Counted from the first letter of the whole stretch, positions 36,256-49,789 are shown. The stretch: DNA of 63,960 nucleotides, filler included, from Olpidium bornovanus S191 (GCA_017911155.1; 35 parts of 35 records of this genome joined end to end with filler, not necessarily neighbours in it); one strand, 5' to 3'. Program-made: numbers and translations. Notes: generated by a model from the letters alone, not told the origin.

Positions 36256-36432
36256 ATGGACGACAGGCTGGTCTTCCGCATCAACGACGACGTCGACAAA
36301 TACATTTCCCACTATTTGGAGGAGATGAAAATACCCGAATCTGTTTGGCAGATGTTCAAGCAGGAAGCGCATACTCTGGCGAAGCAGAAGAGGAAGGAAA
36401 TGGCGGACAAGCGAGCGAGCGGAAGCTGTTGA
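36256..36432 (+). CDS. Possible C-terminal coding fragment of unknown protein (58 aa)
   Basis: MDDRLVFRINDDVDKYIFHYLEEMKIPESVWQMFKQEAHTLAK... has protein-like composition; no family recognised. Confidence 0.3.
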   Translation: MDDRLVFRINDDVDKYISHYLEEMKIPESVWQMFKQEAHTLAKQKRKEMADKRASGSC

Positions 36433-37763
36433 TCCCTTTTGCGACCAGTTTATCGCCGTTAGAAGACCAAAACCAATTTAAAATGGATGAAAGCAAGAAA
36501 TTTTGGCGGTTCTATGTTCCCCGTTGGTCCGGGACTGCTGCCCTGCCTTCTTTTGGACGAATTTTTTCTGTGTAGAACCTTCTCACCTCGTGTTTCCCAT
36601 CCGCTCTGACCGCCTTTCGATTTTTTTTTCCTTTTTTTTTTTTTTTTTTTTTTTTTGTGCCAAACGTCTCTTTTTCCCCACCCGAACCGCTGGATTTGGT
36701 TTTCGGGGAAAAGAAAACCAAAAATCCACCCACCCATTTGTCCACGTAGTTTTGCGGCGGTTCAATTTGTTCGACCATGATTTATTCACTCAATTGGGGC
36801 GCCGTACGCAAGTTTGTTCCCACTCCCCCCCTCCTCCCCCCCCACCCCGCGCCTTCGGGCGGTGTTCCCTGCGAGTCGGTGGCTGTCGTGTCTTTTGTTC
36901 GTCACGGTGCGGTGGACCCCCAGAGAGTCCGCAAAGCCGTTAATCCTCACAACCCCCAACTCAAATTTTCCCTGAAAAAGCCCGTTAACCTGTAATTATT
37001 GTTAGATTGCGGTCGATATTTTGACACCGCGCGCCTGTGAGGCTGGCGCCAAACATTAACGAGCAGTTGGGCTCGGCGGGTTCAATTACTTCTAATGCCT
37101 CGGCGTGCGGTCCACATTCTTTTTGCCCCTCAAAAAAGAGGTAAAAAAAAAAAGGAAATTCGGCGGTTGAGGCCTGTACCCCTGGGTCACAGGCCTGAGA
37201 AGGGAAAAGTAAACAGAGCGAAAAATGCAACGGTGCGCTGGTTACTTACCTTGGGTGTCAATGCTGCATTTGAGCGTCGGAATGGCATCGGCACCTGAAG
37301 TAGTGCAGCACCGGCACCTAAGGTGATGCAGCATTCGCACCGAACGGCATTGGCACGTAAGCTAACCGCAGCAGTGGCACCTGCGGTAAGGGCCGACAGC
37401 CCCGTTGCCATCTCGGCCGTTTTTTCACGTTCGTCTTCGTTTTGGTCACTGGCAGATCCCGTCTCGGCCGCCGCGCGCGTTGTTTTTCGGGATCGGCCAA
37501 ATCGCAGATTGTTCCCTTGGGAACGCGTCGTCAATTGCCGCGTGCTGCCGCAGGATCCCAACTCCCCCTCTACCCCCCCCCTCCCGTCCCTAAACTAGCG
37601 GGGGCTGGTTCCCCCGTTTTCACCCCGCGCGCGGATATTTCTTTTTTTGTTTTTTTTTTTTCCNNNNNNNNNNNNNNNNNNNNNNNNNNNNNNNNNNNNN
37701 NNNNNNNTTAATTAATTAANNNNNNNNNNNNNNNNNNNNNNNNNNNNNNNNNNNNNNNNNNNN

Positions 37764-38864
37764 CAGGCAGATGATTTCGCGGCATAATCCCCAAATTGGC
37801 CCATTTCCGAACGAAAAATCTAAATCGAAGATACCAGTTCTTCGGCGCGCTCCGCGGCGTTCGATGCCTTTCCTGCATGCATGTCGTCTTCAAGCTTGTC
37901 AAGCTGCTTTTGAAGTTTACTGCGATTTCACCGCGTTGTGTTTGAATTGAGTGCCGCGAATTTTTGAGGGCAGTCGAAAAACGCAACTCCGCGCCAGCAG
38001 GGTTTGTTTACCTCATTACTCTCTGCGTTTTATCTAAACGCTTCATCTCCAGTTCCTTTTCGCGCCGGGCAATAACTCTGTCCACCTGGGACGACGAGGG
38101 AAAGTCCAAATCTCAGGGTCCAATTCGCATATAAAGAGGAGGTGCGGAGGATGTTCCTGACCGGTGTACTTAGCAGGAGACCAGCGTACCGGTCGGACCA
38201 ACGGGAGAATAAGGCAGCCGCGTTCGGTCACCGGAGCACACCTTCTGCATCATGTCCTTCTCCAGAATATCCTGGTCGAACACTCCGATGCCCAGCGCGT
38301 CCGTCAGCTCCTTGATGTCCGTTGCCGGCCCTCCAGGATCGTTGGCGACAGGTGAGGGCTGTGCGGCGGCTGGTTGAAAAAAAAAAAACAAACGCGCGGT
38401 TAATCCCGTTCCAGCAAAACCGCCGGCAGATCGCAGAAACGGGCAATTTTACCACTTCCGGTGCTGCTGCCGTCTACCGGCCCGGGACCGGCGGCGAGAC
38501 CAGGCGCCGAGTCGACGACCGCTTCCCGAGCGGCCGGACGACATCGAGCGCCTTCCTCCGGAAGGCAAGCAGTGCGCAGTCCGGCACGAAGTTCGGGGAG
38601 TCTCCCTCCTCCGAGCCCGGCGCCGGCTCCCGAGCCGCCCGCCGCCTCCGCCGGCCCGTCCACCTCGACGGTCGGAGATTCCTCCCCGCTCCCAGGCGAC
38701 GTGCGGCCCTCCGCGCTTCCGGCGCCCATGGCTTTTCCCTCGGGTGGGTTGTTCCTTCGGGTCCTGGTGGGGGCGCTGTGATCCCCCGGCCTCTGGTCCG
38801 CAGTCCGCTCGCTCGGGGGGCGCGCGCCAGCCGGGCGTCGGCACTGCGGAGCGAGGGGGAGCAC
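37764..38864 (-). CDS. Rad26/ERCC6 (CSB)-like SWI/SNF ATPase, N-terminal exons only
   Basis: ELTDALGIGVFDQDILEKDMMQK and IARREKELEMKRLDKTQ resemble the ERCC6 N-terminal LGVxVYDQDxLE motif and following coiled coil. Confidence 0.6.
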
Positions 38865-39123
38865 GGAGCAACAGGCGCCGGCGTATGCTTCCGCTTCGGT
38901 TCCGGCGACGGTCGGTCGAGTGAGAGTTACCCTTGAAATTCTTCCGCTTGTCAGGGCAGCGCAGTGGTGACGCCACCCCCTGAGGCCTTCCCCCCCCCCC
39001 CCCCCCCCCCCCCCGCCCCCCCCNNNNNNNNNNNNNNNNNNNNNNNNNNNNNNNNNNNNNNNNNNNNTTAATTAATTAANNNNNNNNNNNNNNNNNNNNN
39101 NNNNNNNNNNNNNNNNNNNNNNN

Positions 39124-40370
39124 ACATGTTGCAGCGGCCGATCTGATACTCGTTGATATTGATGCCAGTAACGTGCGCACTGGTCATCTTGGCGATCTCG
39201 CGCAGTGGTCCGCCTGGGCGTCGCGCATACCAGCGGTGAGATGAAGATGAAAATGCGGCCAAGGCCAAATTGCGGAATATTCCCCGCTCAAGGCCCGAAA
39301 CTTACCAACGCCGCACCCCAAATCCTACACATTAATGGCCGCGTCAGCGAACCGCGCTGATTGACCAATAGCATTTACCACAAACCCCAGATACAAGAAC
39401 ACTTACAAGAACGCGCTGCCCGGGCTTCAAATTTAGCTTCCACGCCAAATACTGCTCATGGCGAGCAATCGCCACGTGGAAGGTATCTCCCTGGAAAAGC
39501 CGGCATCGGCGTCAGATGCGGAACGTTTTTGCCCCTGACACCACCTCTCTAAAATCAGCGTTACCCACTTGAAAAGTTCGGGCAAAATGAAAGGACTGGC
39601 CCCAACCTGAAATCGAGGCGACGAGTGTAAAACATGCGGCACCAGTGCGACGCGCGGTTGTTTCCGTTACTCACCGTACTCCTATCAAGCAGGATAACAG
39701 GCAACGACAGAATGGGAAAAGAAAAAAGGATTTAGCCGAGGAAACCGGGGTCATAATCTCATAAGGTCCAAAAAGATCATCTTGCACTTAACCACGCACA
39801 TAGAAATCAGTGACGATGTCTTGAGAAACACAAAGTAACAAAGAGGAAGAGGGAGAATCGTATTTGCGTCAGGATAAAGCGGCTGCCAGACAAAAGCAGG
39901 AAGGCGGCCTGCAGACGACTACCCTTGAAAACCGTATCATAAAGCGCGACACGTTCCGAACCACAGCGCACGACGAAAAAATCACACAAGACGCCCGCCG
40001 TACGAGCGGGAAAGAAGAGAGAGAAGAAGAAGAAGAAGAAAAAAAAAGCTCCTTTCTTTTGTCACGGCGGCCAGATGGCAACCAGAAAAGCGGCGAACGC
40101 ACCGTAGAAGGAGCGCGTCAGCTCTTGGGCGCAGGAGCGCCGCTTCTCGACGTCGCCCGAGTTGTCCTGGTCCAGGCGGGCCTTGTCCTCCCAGTTGCCG
40201 AGGTACCCCGAGACGCGCTGCCGGTTGAGCGAGGGGTCTTTTCTGCCGAAGCGCGCGAGGAGGTTGTCAGAGTTCGCGTTCGGCGCGCTGCACCGCGTCT
40301 GCTGGCCGTGCAGCTTTGCGGGGTCGAAGGCCAGGTCGGCGGCGGGGGCGGGGACAACGTCGACGGTCAT
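39124..40370 (-). CDS. ERG6: Sterol C24-methyltransferase, 5' part with many small exons (including 20-, 7- and 19-nt exons)
   Basis: Spliced: ...ELTRSFY|DIVTDFY|EY|GWGQSFHFARTFQ|GDTFHVAIARHEQYLAWKLNLKPGQRVL|DLGCGV|GGPLREIAKMTSAHVTGININEYQI. Confidence 0.95.
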
Positions 40371-40660
40371 GGTTTGGATGGAGCGCGCGCGCGTGGGGNN
40401 NNNNNNNNNNNNNNNNNNNNNNNNNNNNNNNNNNNNNNNNNNTTAATTAATTAANNNNNNNNNNNNNNNNNNNNNNNNNNNNNNNNNNNNNNNNNNNNCC
40501 AGGTGTATGACAGGATCTTCTACAGTTCTGCCTAAACGTATTTTACTGGCAAACCTGGAGCCCCATTTCCTGGTGGTCGCTGCTTGTGATTCGGATTCTA
40601 CAGATTTGGAATCGCCATGTGTAGGAAATTCCTTTCTGGCGTTATGCGTTTTTCGTGTTT

Positions 40661-40852
40661 GCGGTCCGTCATTGCGGTTCGCCGCTGCGGTTCGGCAATG
40701 CGGTTCGCCGTCGCGGTTCGCCGTTGCGGCTCGCCGTCGCGGATTGCCGTTGCGGTTCGCCGTCGCGTTTCCCCGTCGGTTCGCCGTTGCGGTTCATCGT
40801 CGGTTCGCCGGTGCGGTTCACCGTCGGTTCGCCGTTGCGGTTCGTCTTTGCG
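40661..40852. repeat. Minisatellite of 13-bp units (GCGGTTCGCCGTY) grading into 24-bp higher-order units
   Basis: gcggttcgccgtt/c repeats, then cggttcgccgttgcggttcatcgt-type 24-mers x3. Confidence 0.88.
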
Positions 40853-41048
40853 CCTACCCGACATTTTATGCATCTTCCGCCGCACTGGAAAACTGTTTGC
40901 TGTGGTGGATATCTACGGCATGGAGAAATGAACGCGTCGATCGGTCAGGGTAGAGTGTCACAGAGGGAAAGTCCACCGACATCGGTGGAGCACTGCTGGA
41001 ATGCGGAGAAAGGACACGGGAAAAGCACGCGTGAGTCGCTTAGTCACC

Positions 41049-41143
41049 GAACGTTCGTGAATAGAAAGAAACCGACAGTGACAGAAGTGACAGAAGAACG
41101 TTCGTGAATAGAAAAAAACCGACAGTGACAGAAGTGACAGAAG
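41049..41143. repeat. 47-bp tandem duplication starting with palindrome GAACGTTC
   Basis: gaacgttcgtgaatagaaa(g/a)aaaccgacagtgacagaagtgacagaa at 41049 and 41096. Confidence 0.9.
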
Positions 41144-41782
41144 AAGGATCGGTCGGATTCCTCGCAAGCAACGGGCACAGCCGGGTCGCCTGCAACATAG
41201 CAAACGCGTGCAATCAAGACATGACGGTCTGAATCATTGTTGTCCTGGCCGACGAAACGAGGAAGACGCGCTGGGTTTCCTTTTTTCTTTCCTGTGCTCT
41301 CGGCCTAGGCCTCTTCCGGCAAGGCCGCCTCCGCCTCCGCTTTGGATGCCGCCGGGGCTCTGCTTTCCGCGTCTGCCGAGAGCAGGAGAGGAGAGAGACG
41401 CCGGGGAGAGGCTGGTTGGTTGGGCTTTTCCTTTCACGCAAGGGAAACAAACGCGCCGGGAGGAGAGGCGAGGCTACCCCATGCGGGCCGCTCCGCTCGG
41501 CCCCCGCCCTCCGCCGTGCCCCGCACCACCCGCGCCGCGCCGCGCGCGCCACCCAACGCCTGATCTTTCCTCTTCTTCCGTTTTCCTGTGCTTGTAGTCC
41601 TGGTCCGAGAGAGCGCTGGCCGTGGCTGCCCGGTGCTCGCCAACCGGTCGGCCCGACCCGCCCGAGGTCGCCGCCTTGGGTCGCAAATGATACGGGTGTG
41701 CGTCCCAGACACCGTCCCGCGGCCTTTGAGACTGACGAAGAAGAGGCGCCAACGGACAGGAGAGGGCCGGCCCGCAACCGGC

Positions 41783-42878
41783 ATGGCAGACAACACCGCC
41801 GCCGCCCCCGCCGCCTCGCTGCGGGATGGCGTCCGCGACGAGCCAGAAGGCGGCGGCCCAGTCGCCGCGGTCCCGGACCAAGCGGAGAGCGGTTCCGAAG
41901 GCGAAAACCTCGACGACTGCCGGGACCCGGCGCTCGCTGTCAGGGCGGAGAACAGCGTTCTGCGGGAGTTTCTCGACCTGCTGTCGTCCGAGGTCGCCAT
42001 AGACCTGGACAAACTCAGGGACGCCGCACGCCACGGGATCCCGGGCGAAGTCCGGCGGGTGAGTGGCGTTGCAGGAAAAATCTTCGCCGGTTTTTGGTTG
42101 CGCCCGGCCGCTTCTACCTGACGCACAGCGAGGAAACTTGCGTCGCAGGAAGTGTGGAAGTATCTCCTCGGAGTACTGCCGGCGGACCGATGTATGTAAT
42201 TTCTCTCGGCGGCTTTTGGCTCAGCAACCCCGTCATGTTCGCCCCGGACCTGATGGTTTCCGGACGGGGTCCAAACATCAGCAAAAGAGATCTCGATATT
42301 GAAGGCGAAGGCCGAGGAGTACGCCCAGATCGAGAAGGACAACCCCGAAATCGTCAAACGCGTGCGCGGGGAGGCCAGCCGCTACATGCAGCGGGTCGAC
42401 GTCTTCAAGGACAACGCCGCCACGCTCACGACCTTCGAGAGAGTTATCGGCGCATACTTCAACCACAATAAAGCTGCGGATTATTACCCGGCGTTCGTTC
42501 ATCTCTGCGGGCCTTTTGTCCACGTCATGCAAACGGAGTCGGACGCGTTCTATTGTCTAGAGCAGCTTATGTCCCAGCTCGGTGAGCAACCTGTGGGAAG
42601 ATTTACGTTGATACCTTCAACCAGACAACGCAAAATGGCGAATTCTCGCTTTGTCGTGAGACGAAAGCCCGCGGTTTGACCTGTAGAACTGAGCTTTTTC
42701 CGTCGCTCGCCCCGGGTGGTGCCTGGCGGGCGCGAACGTTAAGACGAGTACTACAGCAAGCATAGTCTCCCGGAGCGAGTAGCAACTTTCGTTACCCTCT
42801 TCCGCTCTGTCTTGCCGGATCTGTACAACTACTTTGAGGACGAGGAGGTGGACACGAACGAGTGGGCGTCAACATGGC
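41783..42878 (+). CDS. TBC-domain Rab GTPase-activating protein, multi-exon, 3' truncated
   Basis: IDLDKLRDAARHGIPGEVRR|EVWKYLLGVLP; DAFYCLEQLM; LFRSVLPDLYNYFEDEEV...WASTW. Confidence 0.85.
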
Positions 42879-42993
42879 NNNNNNNNNNNNNNNNNNNNNN
42901 NNNNNNNNNNNNNNNNNNNNNNTTAATTAATTAANNNNNNNNNNNNNNNNNNNNNNNNNNNNNNNNNNNNNNNNNNNNAAAAAAATCCCCCCC

Positions 42994-43032
<39 letters not shown>

Positions 43033-43156
43033 AACGCTGCACAGCCTGCACATCCGGGCCCTCCGCCTCACGGGCATCTCGTTCCTCGAGACGAACCTCC
43101 GCCGGATAGCGTCGAACTTCGTGCGCGGCGCGGTGAGGGCGGCGATTGGAACGGTC

Positions 43157-44644
43157 ATGACGGTCGCCGGCCGGCCCGAGGGCGGGCCGGACGCCGGCGC
43201 GCCGCCGCCGCCCTCCGCGGGCACCGCAGCCCTTACGGCGGTCGAGGGCGTGATCAAGAAGGCGATGGACGACGCCGGGACTTACCTGGAAAAGTACATG
43301 CGCTCGGTTTGTTCCTCCCACCGGGAATATACCTGGCCCTCTGTTTTTTTTTTCATTTTCTTTTTTGCCGACCCTTCGGCCTCCCCCTAATCACCTCCCC
43401 CGAATCCGCGCAGTGTGCCTGCGAAAGCTCGGAACTTTCCGCCAACGTGGACTTCGAGAGGCGGATCCTGCCGTCGGTCAGGCTTTCCGAATCGCAGAAA
43501 TCGTGCATCCTGTCCGTCATCGAGTGGTTTGAGAGGCTGATAAACTACACGGTAACAGTCGCTTTCGGTGTCGAAGTCGAATCGTGCGAAACATCCTCGA
43601 TTCCCGCCCTCCCCCCCCCCACCCACCTTCGGAGGCACCGGGCGTGTTTACTATACATATGTCGACTGCGCGAGCCAGCTCCGCCGCCGTTCGCAAGTCG
43701 CTGCGGAGAAGGGGCCCGCTCCCGTCGTGACGCCGTCGGGCGCCGTTTATTGAGTCGATCGCTTTTTCCTACTGCGCGGAGTCCTGATTAGGCTTTTGCG
43801 CGATCAAAAGACGCTGCGGTCGAGGAGTTTGCGAAGACATTCGAGAAGCTTGAAGAAGAAAACCGTGTGCTCAAGGACATGGTTTTCCAGCAGGCGTACG
43901 GCCCGGACGCGCCCAAAACAATCAATGTTAACCGGTTCACGGGCATCGCGGCCCGTCCGCCGGTAGAGGTACGTCGGGCGGCAACCGCTGAGTCGGCGGG
44001 AAAACGCCGCGCGCGGCCCTTCGGCCGCCGTTCGCGATACTAACTACCACAAGCGCCCATTGTGCTGCTGCGACGGCCCGCCAAGACGAAAGACCAAGAG
44101 ATCAACGTCCCTGAAACGGACTTCCCGGACGACGAACTGATTGAGTTCCAGAACAGATACCTCCTTCTCCGGCGGCGAATGCAGGAGCTTTTGGAGCAGA
44201 GGGATGCGATGGTGCTCCACGATTTTGAGGACCCCGGCGAACCGAAAGTCGTCACTTTCAACGTTTCCTGCGGGAGCGATTTGGTAAAGCGTCCGTTTGA
44301 TGTCCGGTCGGGGCCTGCGCGGCGCGGTTCGGAGGCAAACGGATTTAGGGAAACTGCTTTCGTTGGTGTGGGACGTTCGAAACTGCGGGGCCGCGCGTAA
44401 TCTGAACGCCTCGCCGCCATCCGCGGCGTTTTCCTTCACGTCCCTTTAGCCAATGCCAACTTTTAGGTCGGTGAACACGCAGACGGCCGTTGTAGACTAC
44501 GAGCGGGAGTACGCGCGGTACCGCTCGACCATCAACGACCTCCGCGCCAAGCTGGCGGCCGAGCGCTCCGAATCTGCCCGCCTGCTCGCCCTGGCGGAAG
44601 CTGCAAAAACCGCGTCGGTGGAAGAGGCGACGAAAGGCCTACAG
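43157..44644 (+). CDS. Multi-exon coiled-coil protein of unknown family
   Basis: Consistent exons (VEGVIKKAMDDAGTYLEK; FEKLEEENRVLKDMVFQQ; LIEFQNRYLLLRRRMQELLEQRD; YRSTINDLRAKLAAERSE) with GT-AG boundaries. Confidence 0.55.
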
Positions 44645-44954
44645 GTAAAAACCGCCGGAGGAAAGGCGGGAGAGGTCTAACGGCCGCTTCGCACATGNNN
44701 NNNNNNNNNNNNNNNNNNNNNNNNNNNNNNNNNNNNNNNNNTTAATTAATTAANNNNNNNNNNNNNNNNNNNNNNNNNNNNNNNNNNNNNNNNNNNNCCC
44801 CCCCCTTTCCCCCCCCCTTCCGTTTTTTAAAAAAAAATTGGGGGTCCCCCCCCCCCCCCCCCCCCCACTTACCGTGTAGGCCGGTTTTACCAAAAGAAAA
44901 AAAAAGAAAAAAAAAGACCCTTCGGGCACCCGGCCGCCGCCCATCGACGAGGCC

Positions 44955-45781
44955 ATGGCGCTGGCGACCTTACCGTATGCGGGGAGGGACTACTCCTCCT
45001 CGCCTGTCAGGACGACCGTTTATTACATCTTGCTCGTTGGCCTCTACTTCGCGGCGCTCGCGGGCCTCTACGTCCTCCTCACCGCGCCTTCGGGAACCTT
45101 CAACGTCGGGAGGTTCCTGCTCGAGACCAGCCCCTTCATGTGGGCCGCCACGGGGGTTGCCATGAGCATCGGATTGTCTGTCGTCGGCGCTGCGTGGTAC
45201 GTAGCGAGACCCTTCTTAGGAAGCGGAAACGAAACGCTGTTCCCGAAGATACGAGTGTCCAGTCGGGGCAGCACTCGGGTTCGCTACGAGCTGCTTTCAT
45301 CTGCAGCTGCCCCCGCACGCCCTGTTTTTGAGGTCAGAGGCCTGCCGCAAGGGACGGAGCTGGCGGTGCACGAAGGGGAGGAGGCACGGACGCCAGTTTG
45401 TCCCTTGGGCGGGCGAAACCATTTCTCCAGCCACATCCCCTTAACCAGCCGTCCAAGACGAATGTCGAATTGCCGCTGCACCTTCTGCATGGGCAGGAAC
45501 CCATGCTGCTGAGGCCAGCGCAACTTTCGGTTCCCGTGTTTGCGCATCAGACACACAGACCTCGTCGCCGCCGCTGGTGTGCTCTGGTTAAAGCCGTGTG
45601 CCCATCTGCCGGCAGCTATCGGCTTCAGAACTTGCCAGTGCACGAGACCATATGGTGTTAATGAACGGCTTCTGCGTTCGCTTGTGCTTCGTACACCTTA
45701 CAGGGGTATATTTGTCACCGGCGCGAGTATTCTTGGAGGCGCCGTCAAGGTTCCGCGCATTAAGACAAAAAATTTGATCAG
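44955..45781 (+). CDS. VMA16: V-ATPase V0 proteolipid subunit c'', 5' part
   Basis: [33 protein letters not shown]|[25 protein letters not shown]. Confidence 0.96.
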
Positions 45782-46966
45782 GTAATTCCTACGGTCGGAG
45801 ATTTTTTTTCTTTTCTGGCAGCGCTGCCGTGACTTTGCTCTCCGCGCCTGTAAGGGTCACGGCGCCTGCGGATCTGGGAATAAGGATGTACATGANNNNN
45901 NNNNNNNNNNNNNNNNNNNNNNNNNNNNNNNNNNNNNNNTTAATTAATTAANNNNNNNNNNNNNNNNNNNNNNNNNNNNNNNNNNNNNNNNNNNNCAGTC
46001 AGATTAGGGGCGATTGGTACAGAGTCACTTAAACGCAGTCCGGTTGAGTGTGGCGAGACGCCGATGACCCGTTGCCCTTTTGCCCTCTAAAACTGAGTTT
46101 TTGCGTGACTTTCATGTGCCCGGAGTCCCTCGAGTCGACGCGGGGCAGACAGATTCGAAAGGAGGAGGAGGGGGGGACCAGGGGTAACCGGCTTCGGGCT
46201 CGCAGGGAGCACGGAATCATCAGTTGGGTGACGGGGCGTGTCAAGTCACTCAAGCCCTCACGGCTGTAGGCACCGACGGCGCGACTGCGGCGGTCGAGCG
46301 TGAGAATTGAAGGACAGACAACAACGAAGACGGTGCCCGGCAAAGCGGCAGACGCTGCCAAGCTGGGGCTCCGATCGAACAAAAGACGGTCACCTCACCT
46401 CCGTCTTGTACTCTAAAAGCTATACATTGTCCCTCCGTAAGTCTCTGTGGGAGGCTCCCCGACCCCTGCTATTGACGTCATTATTGTCGAGCCATGTCAC
46501 GCCCTCTGAGGAGGAGGTGTTGACCATGGACCGGGAAGGTAATACGGAAACGAGACCCACATAAAATCCACGGGCTGCTTTTCTCAGTTAGGCAGGCCAT
46601 AGCCAAGGTGGCGATTTCGAGGGGAACTTTCTCGGGTAAGACCAGAACCAATTGGTTTGGTAACCAGGGTCATGACGGTGTTTAGACTAAAGTCCCCCGC
46701 CGCTTCCACCCCCACCCGTCCCTGTCATTCCCTTTTTACGTCGGCAGTATCTTGACTGAGGTCATGCTGCACGGGCGCACGCAGTTGGATCCCGCGGGCG
46801 GCGTCTCAGGCGGCGTTCCACAAGCCTCAAGTTTATGTGAATTCCGTGAGGTCGTCTTTCGGCCTCTATCAAGTTTCTAGGCCACATATTTGACAAAGCT
46901 GGTATGCGTGTAAAACACGATTATTGCCAAGCCGTAGAAGAGTGGCCTTGCCAAAACTTTAGATCA

Positions 46967-47317
<351 letters not shown>

Positions 47318-47419
47318 AANNNNNNNNNNNNNNNNNNNNNNNNNNNNNNNNNNNNNNNNNNNNTTAATTAATTAANNNNNNNNNNNNNNNNNNNNNNNNN
47401 NNNNNNNNNNNNNNNNNNN

Positions 47420-48675
47420 GCATGACGTTGCCCACGGCCGCGTTTACAGTGTTACGAAATGTACCTACAGGAGGGGAACTCACGTTATCAGTACGTGGAA
47501 ACGTCTTCGTTAGAGGTCTTGGACCCTGCGCGACCGGCCACTTACTGCTGTGGACACCGTTCAGCACGCTGCGCCACCGCAGCGGAAGAGGAAGACCCAT
47601 TATGGTGGGCTCACTCTTCCGGCGTCCTTTCCGGCTGTGGGAGAGCGCTTGACGGTTTTGGCCCGCTTCAGCCGAAACCTGGCTGTTGCCGTTTGTCGAC
47701 TCGACGAAGCCGCGCGAACCCGTCGTGCCGGGAGCTGCTCTCCTCGTTCCCCGCCGTCCCTCCGTTCCGGGCGGCGCGGCCTCTGCGACGATCCGGCCCT
47801 CCGCTTCAGCGGCCGGAACAACGCTTTTGGCTTTGATCCTCCGGTCGTCCACTTCAGCAGCCGGGACGGCGCTTTTGGCTTTCGTGCCGTGATGCTCGCG
47901 TTCCCGCAACAGAGGAGAAAACGGCAGCAGACCGTCGGCCCTCGAACTGATCTGCTCGCCGCGTGTCGCGGGGTCCTGCAGCTTCGGAACGGAAGGCGGC
48001 GGCGCGGCCCGGCTCTCCGCAGACCGGCGGGTCGCACGGTCTTCCCGATCCCGCACTGCCGCCGCCGCTGCCTCGCCCCGCGCCGCCCACGCAGGCCGCC
48101 TTATCTTCACTTCGAAGAGGTTCAGCAGTTCGCTGACCAGCACGCGGCGAGCGTGAACCGTCGTCTCGTGAACCTCCTCCAGCCGCGCCTGCAGTCGCAA
48201 TAACTCCTGCCGGTTCGCGGCCTGGCAGCCGCAGATGCGCTCCGTCATTTGTGCTCTCACGGCGTCCAGCTGGCTTCTCCGCTTTGCCAGGCGTTCTCGC
48301 TTGCATGACAGCCGTTCCCGATCTGCCACATTCAGACAAGGATGAATTTGTTCAAGGGTGTGTTAAGTGGGACGTTCAGGGGGCGACGGGCTCCTCAAGT
48401 GGCACGGCTCAGCCCCGGGGAAGGTATATATAAAAAAAAAGGTGCACGCCACCCCACACGGCATTCGGCAAACGCCACCTGCCTTCCGCAAGCTTCGCCG
48501 CGCCCGTCCGCACGCAGTCCTGGTACGAGGGCACGCTCTGCAGCAGCCGATCGCGGTGCGCCAGCCTGCAGCGCCACCGCCTGCTGTGCGCGGCGGAGAG
48601 TCTCCTACGCACATCGTCGTACGCGCGCTGGTGATCCGACGCGAGCTTGTCTGTCTCCTTCCTGTACGCGGCCAA
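47420..48675 (-). CDS. Atg14/UVRAG (Vps38)-like PI3K complex subunit, partial
   Basis: Coiled coil (RERLAKRRSQL...ARRVLVSELLNLFEV), then TIMGLPLP...|...TVNAAVGNVM. Confidence 0.65.
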
Positions 48676-48806
48676 CCTGGTTTTGCGTTTTGGTCGGGCG
48701 CGAACCNNNNNNNNNNNNNNNNNNNNNNNNNNNNNNNNNNNNNNNNNNNNTTAATTAATTAANNNNNNNNNNNNNNNNNNNNNNNNNNNNNNNNNNNNNN
48801 NNNNNN

Positions 48807-49723
48807 GTCATGTGCCTGATCGACTGCCAGGACGCAGAATGGTCCAATTAATGGTGCGCAGTACTTTTGTGCGAGCAGTTTTTCCTCGTGTCTCAGGAGG
48901 CCTTCTCGGCGAAAGAGAACGTGATTGTTGGCTGCGAATCACACAAGCTTCTGTCGGGTATTGTTTGCCTTTACTTGTTGCTTTTGCGCTTTTTCGAGAG
49001 CAGCCCGCGCTCTTTCCAAAGTCGCAGAGAAAAAGGCCAAGGGCGTGTCTTCCCGGATGCAATCTAGTCTGCGGAGGTCCGTTCCTAATGCCAACATGTG
49101 AGGGGATTCTCCTGTTATCGTGTGTGGTGTCGTGTTATGGGCGAACTCGAGGAGTGGGATTGCGGGGAGCCAGTCGCCTTCGCGTGTCCCGAGGTAAGTC
49201 CGCAGCATCGACTTGACTACGCCGATAGCCCGCTTGGCTTGCCCGTCCGGGCTGGCGCAAGGGATTGTTGTATCCCGAGCTGTTTGCATGCTTCTTTCCA
49301 GAAGTCCGACGTCCATAGTGCGCCGCGATCTGTCACGATATCGTCGGGCAAGCCTTGGTGGCGGAACACGTGTTCGACGAAATGCGCCGCTGTTACGGCT
49401 GCGGAATCGTCTTTCCTGGCTGGAATGAGGCTCAGGAACTTCGTGAGACGGTCGATGACAAGAATGATGCTGTCGAACCCGCCAGCCGGGTAAGGCGGTG
49501 CGAAGGCGTCCATGCCAAGGTGAGTGAACCGGGTTGGTGGGACGGGGAGTGGGTGCAGCATCCCTTGGGCTTGGTTTCCAAGCTTGTGGCGCTCGCATGA
49601 ATCACATGTCTTCACCCAAGAGCGGAGGCCTTTGCACATTTTTGGCCAGAAATATTTTTTTTCGAGGTCCGCCAGCGTGCGTCCACTTCCTGGATGAGCC
49701 GTGTCGTGTACGGCGGAAATCAA
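48807..49723 (-). mobile_element. Ty3/Gypsy LTR-retrotransposon integrase remnant (frameshifted; catalytic Glu replaced by Lys)
   Basis: HHCC zinc finger (HDTAHPG...CDSC), HLGMD, IVTDRG, frameshift near 49250, DGQAKRAI instead of DGQxER, EFAHNTTPHTITGESP. Confidence 0.93.
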
Positions 49724-49789
49724 GCTGATGCGGATCGGCCCTGCTGGGACGTAAAGGCGATCCCGCCAGTACTCTCATCTCAAGTCAAA

